From an uncultured Chitinophagales bacterium (lineage in GTDB: Bacteria; Bacteroidota; Bacteroidia; Chitinophagales; BACL12), in NCBI GenBank assembly GCA_964492065.1, contig CAZBHH010000001.1, positions 225,845 to 289,844 of the forward strand: a stretch of DNA of 64,000 nt, written 5' to 3'. The position numbers and the translations under genes were made by a program. A model generated the notes under the pieces. The model was not told the origin of the DNA. It worked only from the letters and a program-made list of their open reading frames with translations, and made no database searches. Each line of letters starts with the position of its first letter. Positions within the stretch are counted from its first letter, which is position 1. Below, piece by piece: positions 1 to 8,262 of this stretch.

Positions 1-1
1 G

Positions 2-763
2 GGATTGATTTTGGTGGCGGCAATGTACTTCGGGTTATCCAATACCCCACCGAAGAAAACGGCTTTTGACCTGTTGCGTGAAGCACTGATAGATACTGCC
101 GGAATTCGGGACTTAGAAAGGATACAGTCGCTGGAAACAGAATTGCAACACGCCAAAGGCCCGGAGAAGGAAGCCAAATACGAGGCGCTGGCCCATCAGT
201 GGGAGCATGCCGGTTATTTCACCATCGCCGGCGATTACCTGAGGCAGAAAGCCAATGCTTTTCCCACTTATGAGAACTATATGGAGGCGGGACAGGCGTT
301 ATTTAATGCCCTGAACACCGATACTACCGAAACCATGCAGGTAAACCTGGTGTACAGCTCGCGGTATTGCTTTGAAAAAGCACTCGAACTCAAACCCGGC
401 GATTTGGATGCGCAAATCGGGCTGGCGACGGTATTGGTTCAGGGTACCAACGAGCCGATGCAGGGCATAGCCATGCTGCGTGCCGTCCTGGAGAAAGAAC
501 CGCTGAATACAAAGGCCAACCTGGAATTGGGCCGTTTTTCAATGATGAGCGGGCAGTACGATAAGGCAATTGAAAGATTTACTGCTGTTTTACAGAAAGA
601 TTCTCTACATTTGCAGTCCCGTTATTTTTTGGCCGAAGGGTATCTGGGCAACAGCGATACTGCAGCGGCTATTGGTCAACTGGAAAAAATAATTGAAATA
701 GAACAGGATACCTCGGTGAAAAACCGCATCCGACTCTATATAAATTACTTAAAGAAACTTTAA
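2..763 (+). CDS. Tetratricopeptide-repeat protein, 5' end probably cut by the window edge
   Basis: The frame is open from the window edge to TAA at 761-763. It has repeated ~34-aa helical units (YCFEKALELKPGDLDAQIGLATVL, NLELGRFSMMSGQYDKAIERFTAVLQKD). The TTG at 5 is probably not the true start. Confidence 0.7.
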   Translation, partial: GLILVAAMYFGLSNTPPKKTAFDLLREALIDTAGIRDLERIQSLETELQHAKGPEKEAKYEALAHQWEHAGYFTIAGDYLRQKANAFPTYENYMEAGQALFNALNTDTTETMQVNLVYSSRYCFEKALELKPGDLDAQIGLATVLVQGTNEPMQGIAMLRAVLEKEPLNTKANLELGRFSMMSGQYDKAIERFTAVLQKDSLHLQSRYFLAEGYLGNSDTAAAIGQLEKIIEIEQDTSVKNRIRLYINYLKKL

Positions 764-774
764 ACTATTGTACA

Positions 775-870
775 ATGCCTTGTGGTAAAAAACGTAAAAG
801 ACACAAAATCGCTACTCATAAGCGGAAAAAAAGGCTGAGGAAAAATCGCCATAAGAAAAAAACCAGATAG
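775..870 (+). CDS. 31-aa hyper-basic small protein, bS22/mS38 (AURKAIP1/COX24)-like candidate ribosomal protein
   Basis: ATG at 775 to TAG at 868-870 gives MPCGKKRKRHKIATHKRKKRLRKNRHKKKTR, with 21 of 31 residues K/R/H. The KRKRH..HKRKKRLRKNR pattern resembles my memory of mycobacterial bS22 (..[20 protein letters not shown]..). It is too short for the supplied ORF track. Confidence 0.5.
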   Translation: MPCGKKRKRHKIATHKRKKRLRKNRHKKKTR

Positions 871-960
871 GCGATACCGTTTCCTCTTCTCCAACCTCCG
901 ACATTCAGCCTTCTTTTTTACTATCCGGGGCAATGAACACCCGGTAAATATGGGTCCATT

Positions 961-2514
961 TTGGAAAGAGAATTAATTATTAATGCAACATCAGCAGGTG
1001 AGGAAATTGCCCTGCTCGAAAATAAACAACTTGTCGAGATTCACCGCGACAGGGACAACAGCCGTTTCAATGTAGGTGACATGTATCTGGGCCGGGTAAA
1101 AAAAATCAACCCCGGCCTCAATGCTGTATTCGTTGACGTAGGCTATGAACGGGATGCCTTTTTGCACTATACGGACTTGAACCCGCATTTCCGCTCCATT
1201 GTAAAATATACCCAGGCGGCCATACAGGGTTCGCCTGTCAAAATGGAAAATTTTGAAAAGGAGCCGCTCATCATTAAAACCGGCAAGGTAAACAATGTAC
1301 TGAGCAAGAATATGCAAATCCTGGTGCAGGTAATCAAAGAGCCCATTCAGACCAAGGGGCCGCGGCTCAGTTGTGAAATATCGCTCCCCGGCCGGTATTT
1401 GGTGCTGACACCCTTCAACGAGGCGGTAGGCGTATCCAGGAAAATCGCTTCCTCGGAAGAGAGAAAACGCCTGCAGAAACTCATCGAAAGTATCCGCCCC
1501 AAAAATTTCGGTGTCATTGTGCGCACGGTCGCCGCCGGCATCAGCATACAAAAATTGCATGAAGACATGCTGAACCAGTTGAAAAACTGGGAGAAGATTA
1601 CCGGCCAGCTCGCCGTAGGCACTGCGCCGAAACTGGTATTCAGCGAAACCAGTAAAACCAATACGCTGCTGCGGGATATTCTGAATGAATCTTTCAATGA
1701 AATAATTGTAAACGACGCATCCATAGCGCAGGAAATAAAAAATTATATCCGGCGCATTGCCCAGGGCCGCGAGAAAATTGTTACCGTCTATTCGGGCAAC
1801 AAACCCCTGTTTGACGCCTATGCGGTAACCCGCCAGATAAAGTCGCTGTTCGGCCGGACGGTTAATATGGAAAGCGGCGCTTACCTGATTATTGAACACA
1901 CGGAGGCATTACATGTAATCGATGTCAACAGCGGCAATAAAACGGCCATAAAGGGCGACCAGGAACAAAATGCCTTCAGCGTAAATATGGAGGCGGCAGT
2001 GGAGATCGCCCGCCAATTGCGCCTGCGTGACCTGGGAGGCATTATCGTTATCGACTTCATCGATATGCGCAATCCCGAAAACAAGAAGAAGGTGCAGAAT
2101 GCCTTAAAGACGGCAATGGAAAACGACCGGGCCAAGCACACCATCTTACCCATCAGCAAATTCGGCGTGGGGCAGATTACCCGCCAACGGGTGCGGCCTG
2201 AATTAAATATCACCACTCAGGAAGTGTGCCCCACCTGCAATGGCACCGGCAAAATAGAGGCGAGTATCCTGCTCCTCGAAGAAATTGAAAAGAAAATAAA
2301 ATATCTGGTCGCCACCCAAAGTTTAAAATCATTTAAACTGGTATTGCATCCCTACCTGGAAGCATATATAAAAAAAGGATGGCTGTTTAACTCGATACAA
2401 TGGAAATGGTATCGCACTTATAAGCGCAAGATACGGATTATCGGCAGCGATGATTACCAACTCGTCGAATACCATTTTTACGATGAAAACGATGAAGAAA
2501 TAATTGCGAGCTGA
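961..2514 (+). CDS. rng: Ribonuclease G/E family endoribonuclease
   Basis: 517 aa with an N-terminal S1 domain (VGDMYLGRVKKINPGLNAVFVDVGYERDAFLH) and an RNase E/G catalytic core (HVIDVNSG, GGIIVIDFIDM). The start must be TTG because the next Met lies inside the S1 domain. Confidence 0.9.
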   Translation: MERELIINATSAGEEIALLENKQLVEIHRDRDNSRFNVGDMYLGRVKKINPGLNAVFVDVGYERDAFLHYTDLNPHFRSIVKYTQAAIQGSPVKMENFEKEPLIIKTGKVNNVLSKNMQILVQVIKEPIQTKGPRLSCEISLPGRYLVLTPFNEAVGVSRKIASSEERKRLQKLIESIRPKNFGVIVRTVAAGISIQKLHEDMLNQLKNWEKITGQLAVGTAPKLVFSETSKTNTLLRDILNESFNEIIVNDASIAQEIKNYIRRIAQGREKIVTVYSGNKPLFDAYAVTRQIKSLFGRTVNMESGAYLIIEHTEALHVIDVNSGNKTAIKGDQEQNAFSVNMEAAVEIARQLRLRDLGGIIVIDFIDMRNPENKKKVQNALKTAMENDRAKHTILPISKFGVGQITRQRVRPELNITTQEVCPTCNGTGKIEASILLLEEIEKKIKYLVATQSLKSFKLVLHPYLEAYIKKGWLFNSIQWKWYRTYKRKIRIIGSDDYQLVEYHFYDENDEEIIAS

Positions 2515-3152
2515 TGGATTACCCCTTCTCTAACCTTTCGGAAAAAAGCCTAAAAGTACTCCAGGACACGAAGTTGATCGAAGAATTAAAGAGTTTCTCG
2601 CAAGTGATGCATATGCCGCCAGATGCGGTTGTTTTGCAAGACAGGGATTTCATCAGATTTCTCCCTTTCCTGCTGGAAGGCACCATCAAAGTGATAGGCA
2701 ACGATGAAAACGGCAATGAGATTTTACTGTATTATTTACACCCGGGAGAAACCTGTATCATGTCCGTACTCGGCTCGCTGAACAACGAGCGGAGCAAGGT
2801 GAAGGCGGTGGTGGAAGAAGAAGCGGAAATACTGTTTATTCCGGTTGAAAAATCCAAATACTTAGTCAGCCAATATCCCGCCTGGTCTGAATTTATTTTC
2901 AGATTATACCACAAGCGCTTCGAAGAATTGCTGGGCGTGGTTAACAATATTGCATTTAAGCGCATTGACGAGCGGCTGCTCGAGTTTCTTAAAAACAAAT
3001 CCAATCTGACCGGCTCAAATGAAATTAAAATCACCCATCAGCAGATTGCCGATGAATTGGGCACTGCAAGAGAAGTGGTTTCCCGGTTGCTCAAACAGAT
3101 GGAGAAGGAAAGTTTTCTGCGCCTCGGCCGCAATAAAATCACTCTTCTCTGA
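2514..3152 (+). CDS. Crp/Fnr-family transcriptional regulator (no Fe-S cysteine cluster)
   Basis: 212 aa with a cNMP-binding-like beta-roll and a C-terminal HTH, ITHQQIADELGTAREVVSRLLKQMEKE, carrying an E-x-x-S-R recognition motif. It has a single Cys. Its ATG overlaps the rng stop (TGATG). Confidence 0.85.
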   Translation: MDYPFSNLSEKSLKVLQDTKLIEELKSFSQVMHMPPDAVVLQDRDFIRFLPFLLEGTIKVIGNDENGNEILLYYLHPGETCIMSVLGSLNNERSKVKAVVEEEAEILFIPVEKSKYLVSQYPAWSEFIFRLYHKRFEELLGVVNNIAFKRIDERLLEFLKNKSNLTGSNEIKITHQQIADELGTAREVVSRLLKQMEKESFLRLGRNKITLL

Positions 3153-3215
3153 CAGTGTAACCTTCATCACTGAACATGTAAACCCCCGGCGATACTTTCG
3201 CCAAAAATTATTGAG

Positions 3216-3503
3216 ATGAATATAGAAGAACTGCTAAAACAGGATGCCACACTCATCGATGTGCGCACACCGGAAGAATACAACATGGGACACGCCAGCG
3301 GAAGCATCAATATTCCGCTCGGCGAAATAACAATGCATCTGGAACAACTGAGAGCTATGCAAAAGCCGCTGTTGCTGGTATGTGCCAGCGGCAACCGCAG
3401 CGGCCAGGCTACGATGTTGCTCACCCAATGCGGTATAACTGAGGTTTATAACTGCGGCGCATGGTCAGATGTAAATAACTTGCAATCATTAAATGCAAAA
3501 TAA
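3216..3503 (+). CDS. Single-domain rhodanese (sulfurtransferase), cytoplasmic
   Basis: 95 aa with DVRTPEEY and the active-site loop CASGNRS. Confidence 0.85.
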   Translation: MNIEELLKQDATLIDVRTPEEYNMGHASGSINIPLGEITMHLEQLRAMQKPLLLVCASGNRSGQATMLLTQCGITEVYNCGAWSDVNNLQSLNAK

Positions 3504-3814
3504 TGCTGGAAACACTATTGAAATTGTTTGGTTATAAACCGACGGATTACAAAAAACTGGTACGGGAAGGCGCTGTCATCGTAGATGTGCGCACTAAAGG
3601 TGAATTTAATGCGGGACATATTAAAGGATCGATAAATATTCCATTAGACGCTTTACAGAGCAACCTGAAGAAACTGGATAAGAGCAAACCGGTAATCACC
3701 TGTTGTGCCTCCGGGATGCGCAGCGCCTCAGCCGCAGGTATTTTAAGACCAAAGGGATATACCGTTTACAACGGCGGCGGTTGGAACGGATTACAGCGCA
3801 AACTTGTAAATTAA
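3503..3814 (+). CDS. Single-domain rhodanese (sulfurtransferase)
   Basis: 103 aa with DVRTKGEF and the active-site loop CASGMRS. Its start overlaps the previous stop (TAATG). Confidence 0.85.
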   Translation: MLETLLKLFGYKPTDYKKLVREGAVIVDVRTKGEFNAGHIKGSINIPLDALQSNLKKLDKSKPVITCCASGMRSASAAGILRPKGYTVYNGGGWNGLQRKLVN

Positions 3815-3824
3815 CCGTATATTC

Positions 3825-4283
3825 ATGCAATCAATGAAACAAACGATGAAAAGAACATTCGCAATTATTTTGTTTACCGGGATAATGTTATTGCAATACG
3901 CCTGTTCGCAGGGCGAACAACAATCCAAAGTCGATTCAACACCCGCCGCAGCGACAGAAAAGGCAATTGCCGAGAACCTGAACACCGATCAGTTTTATGA
4001 AAAGTTGCAAACCGAAACCGGCCAGATAGTCGATGTCCGAACACCGGAAGAGTTTGCACAGGGACACTTGCCCGATGCCATTAACCTGGACTTTCGCAAT
4101 CCCGATTTCGAAAAAAATCTCAGTCAGTTAGACCCGAACGCACCGGTTTTTGTGTATTGTGCTTCCGGCAATCGCAGCTCCCAGGCAATGCATGTGATGG
4201 AGCAAAAAGGCTTCAAAACAATTTATAACCACAAAGGTTATTTTTCAGACTGGGCAAAGAAGGGATACCCCGTTGTTAAATGA
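3825..4283 (+). CDS. Rhodanese-domain lipoprotein (exported)
   Basis: 152 aa with a signal peptide and lipobox-like LLQYAC, followed by a rhodanese domain with DVRTPEEF and a CASGNRS loop. Confidence 0.8.
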   Translation: MQSMKQTMKRTFAIILFTGIMLLQYACSQGEQQSKVDSTPAAATEKAIAENLNTDQFYEKLQTETGQIVDVRTPEEFAQGHLPDAINLDFRNPDFEKNLSQLDPNAPVFVYCASGNRSSQAMHVMEQKGFKTIYNHKGYFSDWAKKGYPVVK

Positions 4284-5158
4284 GGATGAAGGAGTATTAC
4301 GACATATTTACCGAATCATTTACCGAGTATTTCCAGTACCTGAAATACGAGTTGTTCAACCCGTCGTGGCATAATTATTTTTACTGGTTGCTGGGTCTTT
4401 CCATCGCCATATGGTTACTTGAAATAATCATACCCTGGCGCAAACAGCAACCGGTTATCCGAAGAGATTTCTGGTTGGACGGGTTCTATATGTTCTTCAA
4501 TTTTTTCCTGTTTTCTCTCATCGGTTTCAATGCGATCTCCAATGTCTTTGTAAACCTGTTCAACGATTTTATCGGGTTGTTCGGACTGCATAATATTGTG
4601 GCATTCGAAATCGGGCATTGGCCCAAATGGGTGCAGTTGGCAACGCTGTTTGTTGTGGCGGATTTTATCCAGTGGAATGTGCACCGCCTGTTGCACTACG
4701 TGCCCTGGATGTGGGAGTTTCATAAAGTACATCACAGCGTGGAACAAATGGGCTTTGCAGCACACCTGCGCTTTCACTGGATGGAGAATGTCATCTATAA
4801 ATCCATTCAGTATATCCCGCTGGCAATGATTGGATTTGGCCTGGAAGATTTTTTTATCGTCCATATCATAGCGCTTTCCATCGGGCATTTAAATCATTCC
4901 AACCTGAATATCTCCTACGGCCCGCTCAAGTATATTTTAAATAATCCGCGGATGCATATCTGGCATCACGCCAAAGAGTTGCCGGGGCTGCCATACGGCG
5001 CCAATTACGGCATCAGTTTAAGTATCTGGGATTACCTGTTCAAAACGGATTATGTCCCCGAAAGCGGCAGGGATATTTCGCTTGGATTTGAAGCGGTGGA
5101 AGAGTTTCCAAAAACATTTTTTGGACAATCCGCCTATGGATTTAAAAAAAGATCATGA
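4280..5158 (+). CDS. Fatty acid hydroxylase / sterol desaturase family membrane protein
   Basis: 292 aa and multi-TM. It has the di-iron histidine boxes HRLLH, HKVHH, HLNH and HIWHH. It overlaps the upstream gene by ATGA. Confidence 0.8.
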   Translation: MRMKEYYDIFTESFTEYFQYLKYELFNPSWHNYFYWLLGLSIAIWLLEIIIPWRKQQPVIRRDFWLDGFYMFFNFFLFSLIGFNAISNVFVNLFNDFIGLFGLHNIVAFEIGHWPKWVQLATLFVVADFIQWNVHRLLHYVPWMWEFHKVHHSVEQMGFAAHLRFHWMENVIYKSIQYIPLAMIGFGLEDFFIVHIIALSIGHLNHSNLNISYGPLKYILNNPRMHIWHHAKELPGLPYGANYGISLSIWDYLFKTDYVPESGRDISLGFEAVEEFPKTFFGQSAYGFKKRS

Positions 5159-5385
5159 AGTCATTTACCGACAATATCCTACTCATTGTAATCGCATGCC
5201 TGATAGTAGGGCTTGCACCCTTTTACCCGGAACCGCATCTCTGGGGAAAAATTAAGTGGATAGCCGGCGGCGCCGTTGGCATGAAGGCAATTGACTGGTT
5301 CGATGTGCTGTGGCACGGTTGGCCGTTTATTTTCCTGTTCCGTTGGCTCTTTTTGAGAATTACAAAAAAATCAACGCCCGATTAA
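5155..5385 (+). CDS. Small conserved two-TM membrane protein of unknown function
   Basis: 76 aa and hydrophobic, with motifs LAPFYPEPHLWGKIKW and GGAVGMKAIDWFD that I recall from small Bacteroidota proteins. It is ATGA-coupled to the hydroxylase gene. Confidence 0.55.
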   Translation: MKSFTDNILLIVIACLIVGLAPFYPEPHLWGKIKWIAGGAVGMKAIDWFDVLWHGWPFIFLFRWLFLRITKKSTPD

Positions 5386-6087
5386 TTGTTCCAGGAAAGC
5401 GCCGACAAAATAAGCGAGTACGGCGGCGATGATTCCAAGTAATAAGGTCTGAGCGACACCCTTTGTCTTACTCGTCTGCGTTACGATTGATTTCAAGTAA
5501 CCAATCCCGACAAATGCAAAAAAGGTAAGAACAGAAGCCATCGCAAATGGATTGACATTTACTTTAAAAAAATAATCGGATATAAAAATCAACAGCGGGA
5601 TTAATCCCACGAAGAAAAATGAAATAAAGGTTGCCAGCCCGATCATAAACGGCGATTTCGAATCCGGAATCATTTCCAATTCTTCCTTCATCATCGTATC
5701 CACCCACCTGTCTTTATCTTCGGTAATTTTATTTACGACATCTTCCAGCAATTGCCCTTCAAAGCCCTTGTTGCGGTAAATATCTCTGATTTCTTCCACT
5801 TCGGTATGCGGAATATTTTCAATCTCCCAATATTCATTGCGCTGGTGTTTGTGATACAGGTCGAGGGATGATTTGGCGGAAAGATAAGCGCCGACGCTCA
5901 TTGAAAATCCGTCGGCAAGCAGGTTGGCGAATCCGAGAATAATCACGATGTTGCCGCTGAGCCCGGCGCCGGCCGCACCGGCAACTACGGCAAATGTGGT
6001 GATGCTGCCGTCAATTCCCCCATACACAAATTCGGGAAGATATTTATTCAGATTATTATTCCGCGGTAAATCAAATTTGTTTTCCAA
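5371..6087 (-). CDS. VIT1/CCC1-family iron/manganese transporter
   Basis: 238 aa with N-terminal YGGIDGSITTFAVVAGAAGAG, a central soluble acidic segment and C-terminal TMs. The start is TTG at 6087. The 3' end overlaps 5155..5385 convergently by 15 nt. Confidence 0.75.
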   Translation of the reverse strand: MENKFDLPRNNNLNKYLPEFVYGGIDGSITTFAVVAGAAGAGLSGNIVIILGFANLLADGFSMSVGAYLSAKSSLDLYHKHQRNEYWEIENIPHTEVEEIRDIYRNKGFEGQLLEDVVNKITEDKDRWVDTMMKEELEMIPDSKSPFMIGLATFISFFFVGLIPLLIFISDYFFKVNVNPFAMASVLTFFAFVGIGYLKSIVTQTSKTKGVAQTLLLGIIAAVLAYFVGAFLEQLIGR

Positions 6088-6147
6088 GACAAAACAATTT
6101 TAACCTATGCGGGCTAAGATAGTATATGTGTATCAGGAAAGGTAAAA

Positions 6148-7065
6148 CTATTTGGTTGTATGGTACCGCTTTGAATGTTTACGTGTGTGTTTGGGTTGAA
6201 AACAACCCAGCCCGGGTTTTTCTAAGGTGAGGAATCCGTCTTCGGTGCCTGCAATAAAATTCCGGCTAAGCGTAAGGCCGAGGAACATATACCAGTCTGT
6301 CCGGGTAGGGTCGCCTCGGAAGTCATTTTCGTCAAAATCCATGGGTTCGGTATTGAGAAATTCGCCCGAGCGATTGGACAGATTATACGCTAATATTCCG
6401 TTTTCTTCAATCAGCAGGTTGCGGCTCACATAAGTGCGGCTGACATCGTCGAGGTAATCGGTAAATGTAAACCTCGCACCGTATTCAATACCCAGGTTCC
6501 ACCGCTCCGAGAAAGCCCATTTTACGCCTATGCCAAAGGGAATTGCCAGTGCGTACAGGTCGTATTTTTCTCTGAAATCAAAGGAATTAATCCCCTGGCC
6601 CTCGGTACCGATGGGCTGCAAATCAACCCATTCTCCTTTGTAGAAAGCCCTCGGATTAAAATGAAAACCGCCGATTCCCGCATAGATGTAGGGTGAAAAC
6701 GGCCTGCGCAGTTCTTTGGGATACAAGCCGGGGAAGTTGTATTCAAACGTAAGGCCCAATTCGGTTACAGGAGATGTAAAACTCAGGTTGCGCAACTTTT
6801 GATCGGCACGGTCTGAATTGGCATCGGCCGCGGAAACCTCGCCGTGATACAAATTCAACTTAATCCCCAAATTCATATTCATGTTCCACTTGATGAATCC
6901 TCCATAGGCAGGATGCGATTCGCCGATAACAACATAATCTCTTGTCAGATCGCCATAGTAATTAGCGACTCCGCCAAAAACGCCCACTTCAATCCATTGT
7001 ATCGGAGCCTGGGCCTGAATTACAGAGCCGATAGCCATTAAAAATGCAAGTAAAACGGTGCGCAT
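6148..7065 (-). CDS. Outer-membrane beta-barrel protein, DUF6089-like (paralog 1)
   Basis: 305 aa with a signal peptide ending in AQA. Motifs: GVFGGVANYYGDL, NLSFTSP, GIGGFHFNP, QPIGTEGQG. It is a close paralog of the next gene. Confidence 0.7.
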   Translation of the reverse strand: MRTVLLAFLMAIGSVIQAQAPIQWIEVGVFGGVANYYGDLTRDYVVIGESHPAYGGFIKWNMNMNLGIKLNLYHGEVSAADANSDRADQKLRNLSFTSPVTELGLTFEYNFPGLYPKELRRPFSPYIYAGIGGFHFNPRAFYKGEWVDLQPIGTEGQGINSFDFREKYDLYALAIPFGIGVKWAFSERWNLGIEYGARFTFTDYLDDVSRTYVSRNLLIEENGILAYNLSNRSGEFLNTEPMDFDENDFRGDPTRTDWYMFLGLTLSRNFIAGTEDGFLTLEKPGLGCFQPKHTRKHSKRYHTTK

Positions 7066-7152
7066 ACTTTTAGTTTGTCGATTACAAATATAAGGTATTA
7101 AGTCAAAAAGGAAATCTTTCCCGTAACAATTGGCGCTAAACTGACAAACGCA

Positions 7153-8049
7153 TTACTTCATCATTTTCTTGTCCCAGAGGCCGCTTTTTAGCTTTTTCGG
7201 CGGTTTCCCGGGGCAATTCAACTGCTGGGCGGCCGAATTTTTGCCGTTATCGACCAAATTGTAGGAGAGGGTAAAGCCGGTAAACAGGTAGTAATCGCTG
7301 ATTGCCGGGTTGCCCCGTTTCGAATCATTGCCGAAATCCAAATTGGCAGAACCGTAGTACTCGCCGGTGCGGTTGGACAGCGCATAAGCCAATTCGCCGT
7401 TTTCGAGGGTGAGTACATCGGCATCCACATAGGTTTTACTGATATCGTCGAGATAATCCGTAAACGTCTTTCTGAATGCCACTTCAAAAGCCAGGTTCCA
7501 ATTATTGGAGATACTGTATTTTACCCCGATACCGAAAGGGATGGAAACCTGGTTCAATGCATAGGGCTCCCTGTCGGGAAATGCTGAGGTGCCCTGTCCT
7601 TCCGTTCCCAGCGGCTGGAGTTCATAAACACTGCCCATATATTCGGTAGTGGGGTTGAAATGAAACCAATTGACGCCGAGGCTGAGGAAAGGCGAGAACC
7701 GCATTTCGCCGGGTATGTATCCGGGAAAATACAATTCACCCACTATGCCCGCTTCAAAAATATTGGATTGGAAACTGAGGTTGCGCCTGAGATATCCCTC
7801 CTGGTCGCTGTTGGAGTCATGACCTGAAATCGTTCCGAATTTCCCCTGCAAGGCAATGCTGAGGTAAGGGTTTAGATGCACGCCGGCATAAATTCCCGCC
7901 GCCGGGTGAAATTCGTTCCAGTAGAGCAATTTATGACTGAGGTCGCCATTGTAATACGAAGCGCCTCCAAACAGACCTAATTCAACATATTGCGCTTTGG
8001 CACTGTAGATTGTGAATCCAAGACAGAATAATATAATTGCGTTGCGCAT
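7153..8049 (-). CDS. Outer-membrane beta-barrel protein, DUF6089-like (paralog 2)
   Basis: Shares the motif set of paralog 1 (GLFGGASYYNGDL, NLSFQSN, GVNWFHFNP, QPLGTEGQG). I prefer ATG at 8049 (MRNAIILF..) over the GTG at 8055 in the track. Confidence 0.7.
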   Translation of the reverse strand: MRNAIILFCLGFTIYSAKAQYVELGLFGGASYYNGDLSHKLLYWNEFHPAAGIYAGVHLNPYLSIALQGKFGTISGHDSNSDQEGYLRRNLSFQSNIFEAGIVGELYFPGYIPGEMRFSPFLSLGVNWFHFNPTTEYMGSVYELQPLGTEGQGTSAFPDREPYALNQVSIPFGIGVKYSISNNWNLAFEVAFRKTFTDYLDDISKTYVDADVLTLENGELAYALSNRTGEYYGSANLDFGNDSKRGNPAISDYYLFTGFTLSYNLVDNGKNSAAQQLNCPGKPPKKLKSGLWDKKMMK

Positions 8050-8234
8050 ATACACTGCTTATGGGAATTAACGCCAAATTCTCCTATGTGGTATTTAGCG
8101 GGTGTCAAAGATACGGCAACCTCATGAATTAACAACAAAATCTTTGTAAAGTGCAGTAGATTTTACGGGAATATTAAAAGATAACTATGCAAGCATTTAC
8201 ATCGCTTTTATCAGGGATTGCAAATACAGAAATG

Positions 8235-8242
8235 TATTTTTG
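8235..8242 (+). promoter_or_regulatory. Bacteroidota -7 promoter box TATTTTTG
   Basis: Exact TAnnTTTG, 20 nt upstream of ATG 8263. Confidence 0.4.
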
Positions 8243-8262
8243 CAAAACACAAATTTCTAAAG

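Noticed and set aside
991-1899. A 302-aa ORF antisense to rng, the longest shadow ORF in the window.
   Set aside because: It lies entirely within a well-supported RNase G gene on the opposite strand. Its translation is low-complexity with no motifs, and it has no promoter box or plausible start context. This is typical of a stop-poor antisense frame.
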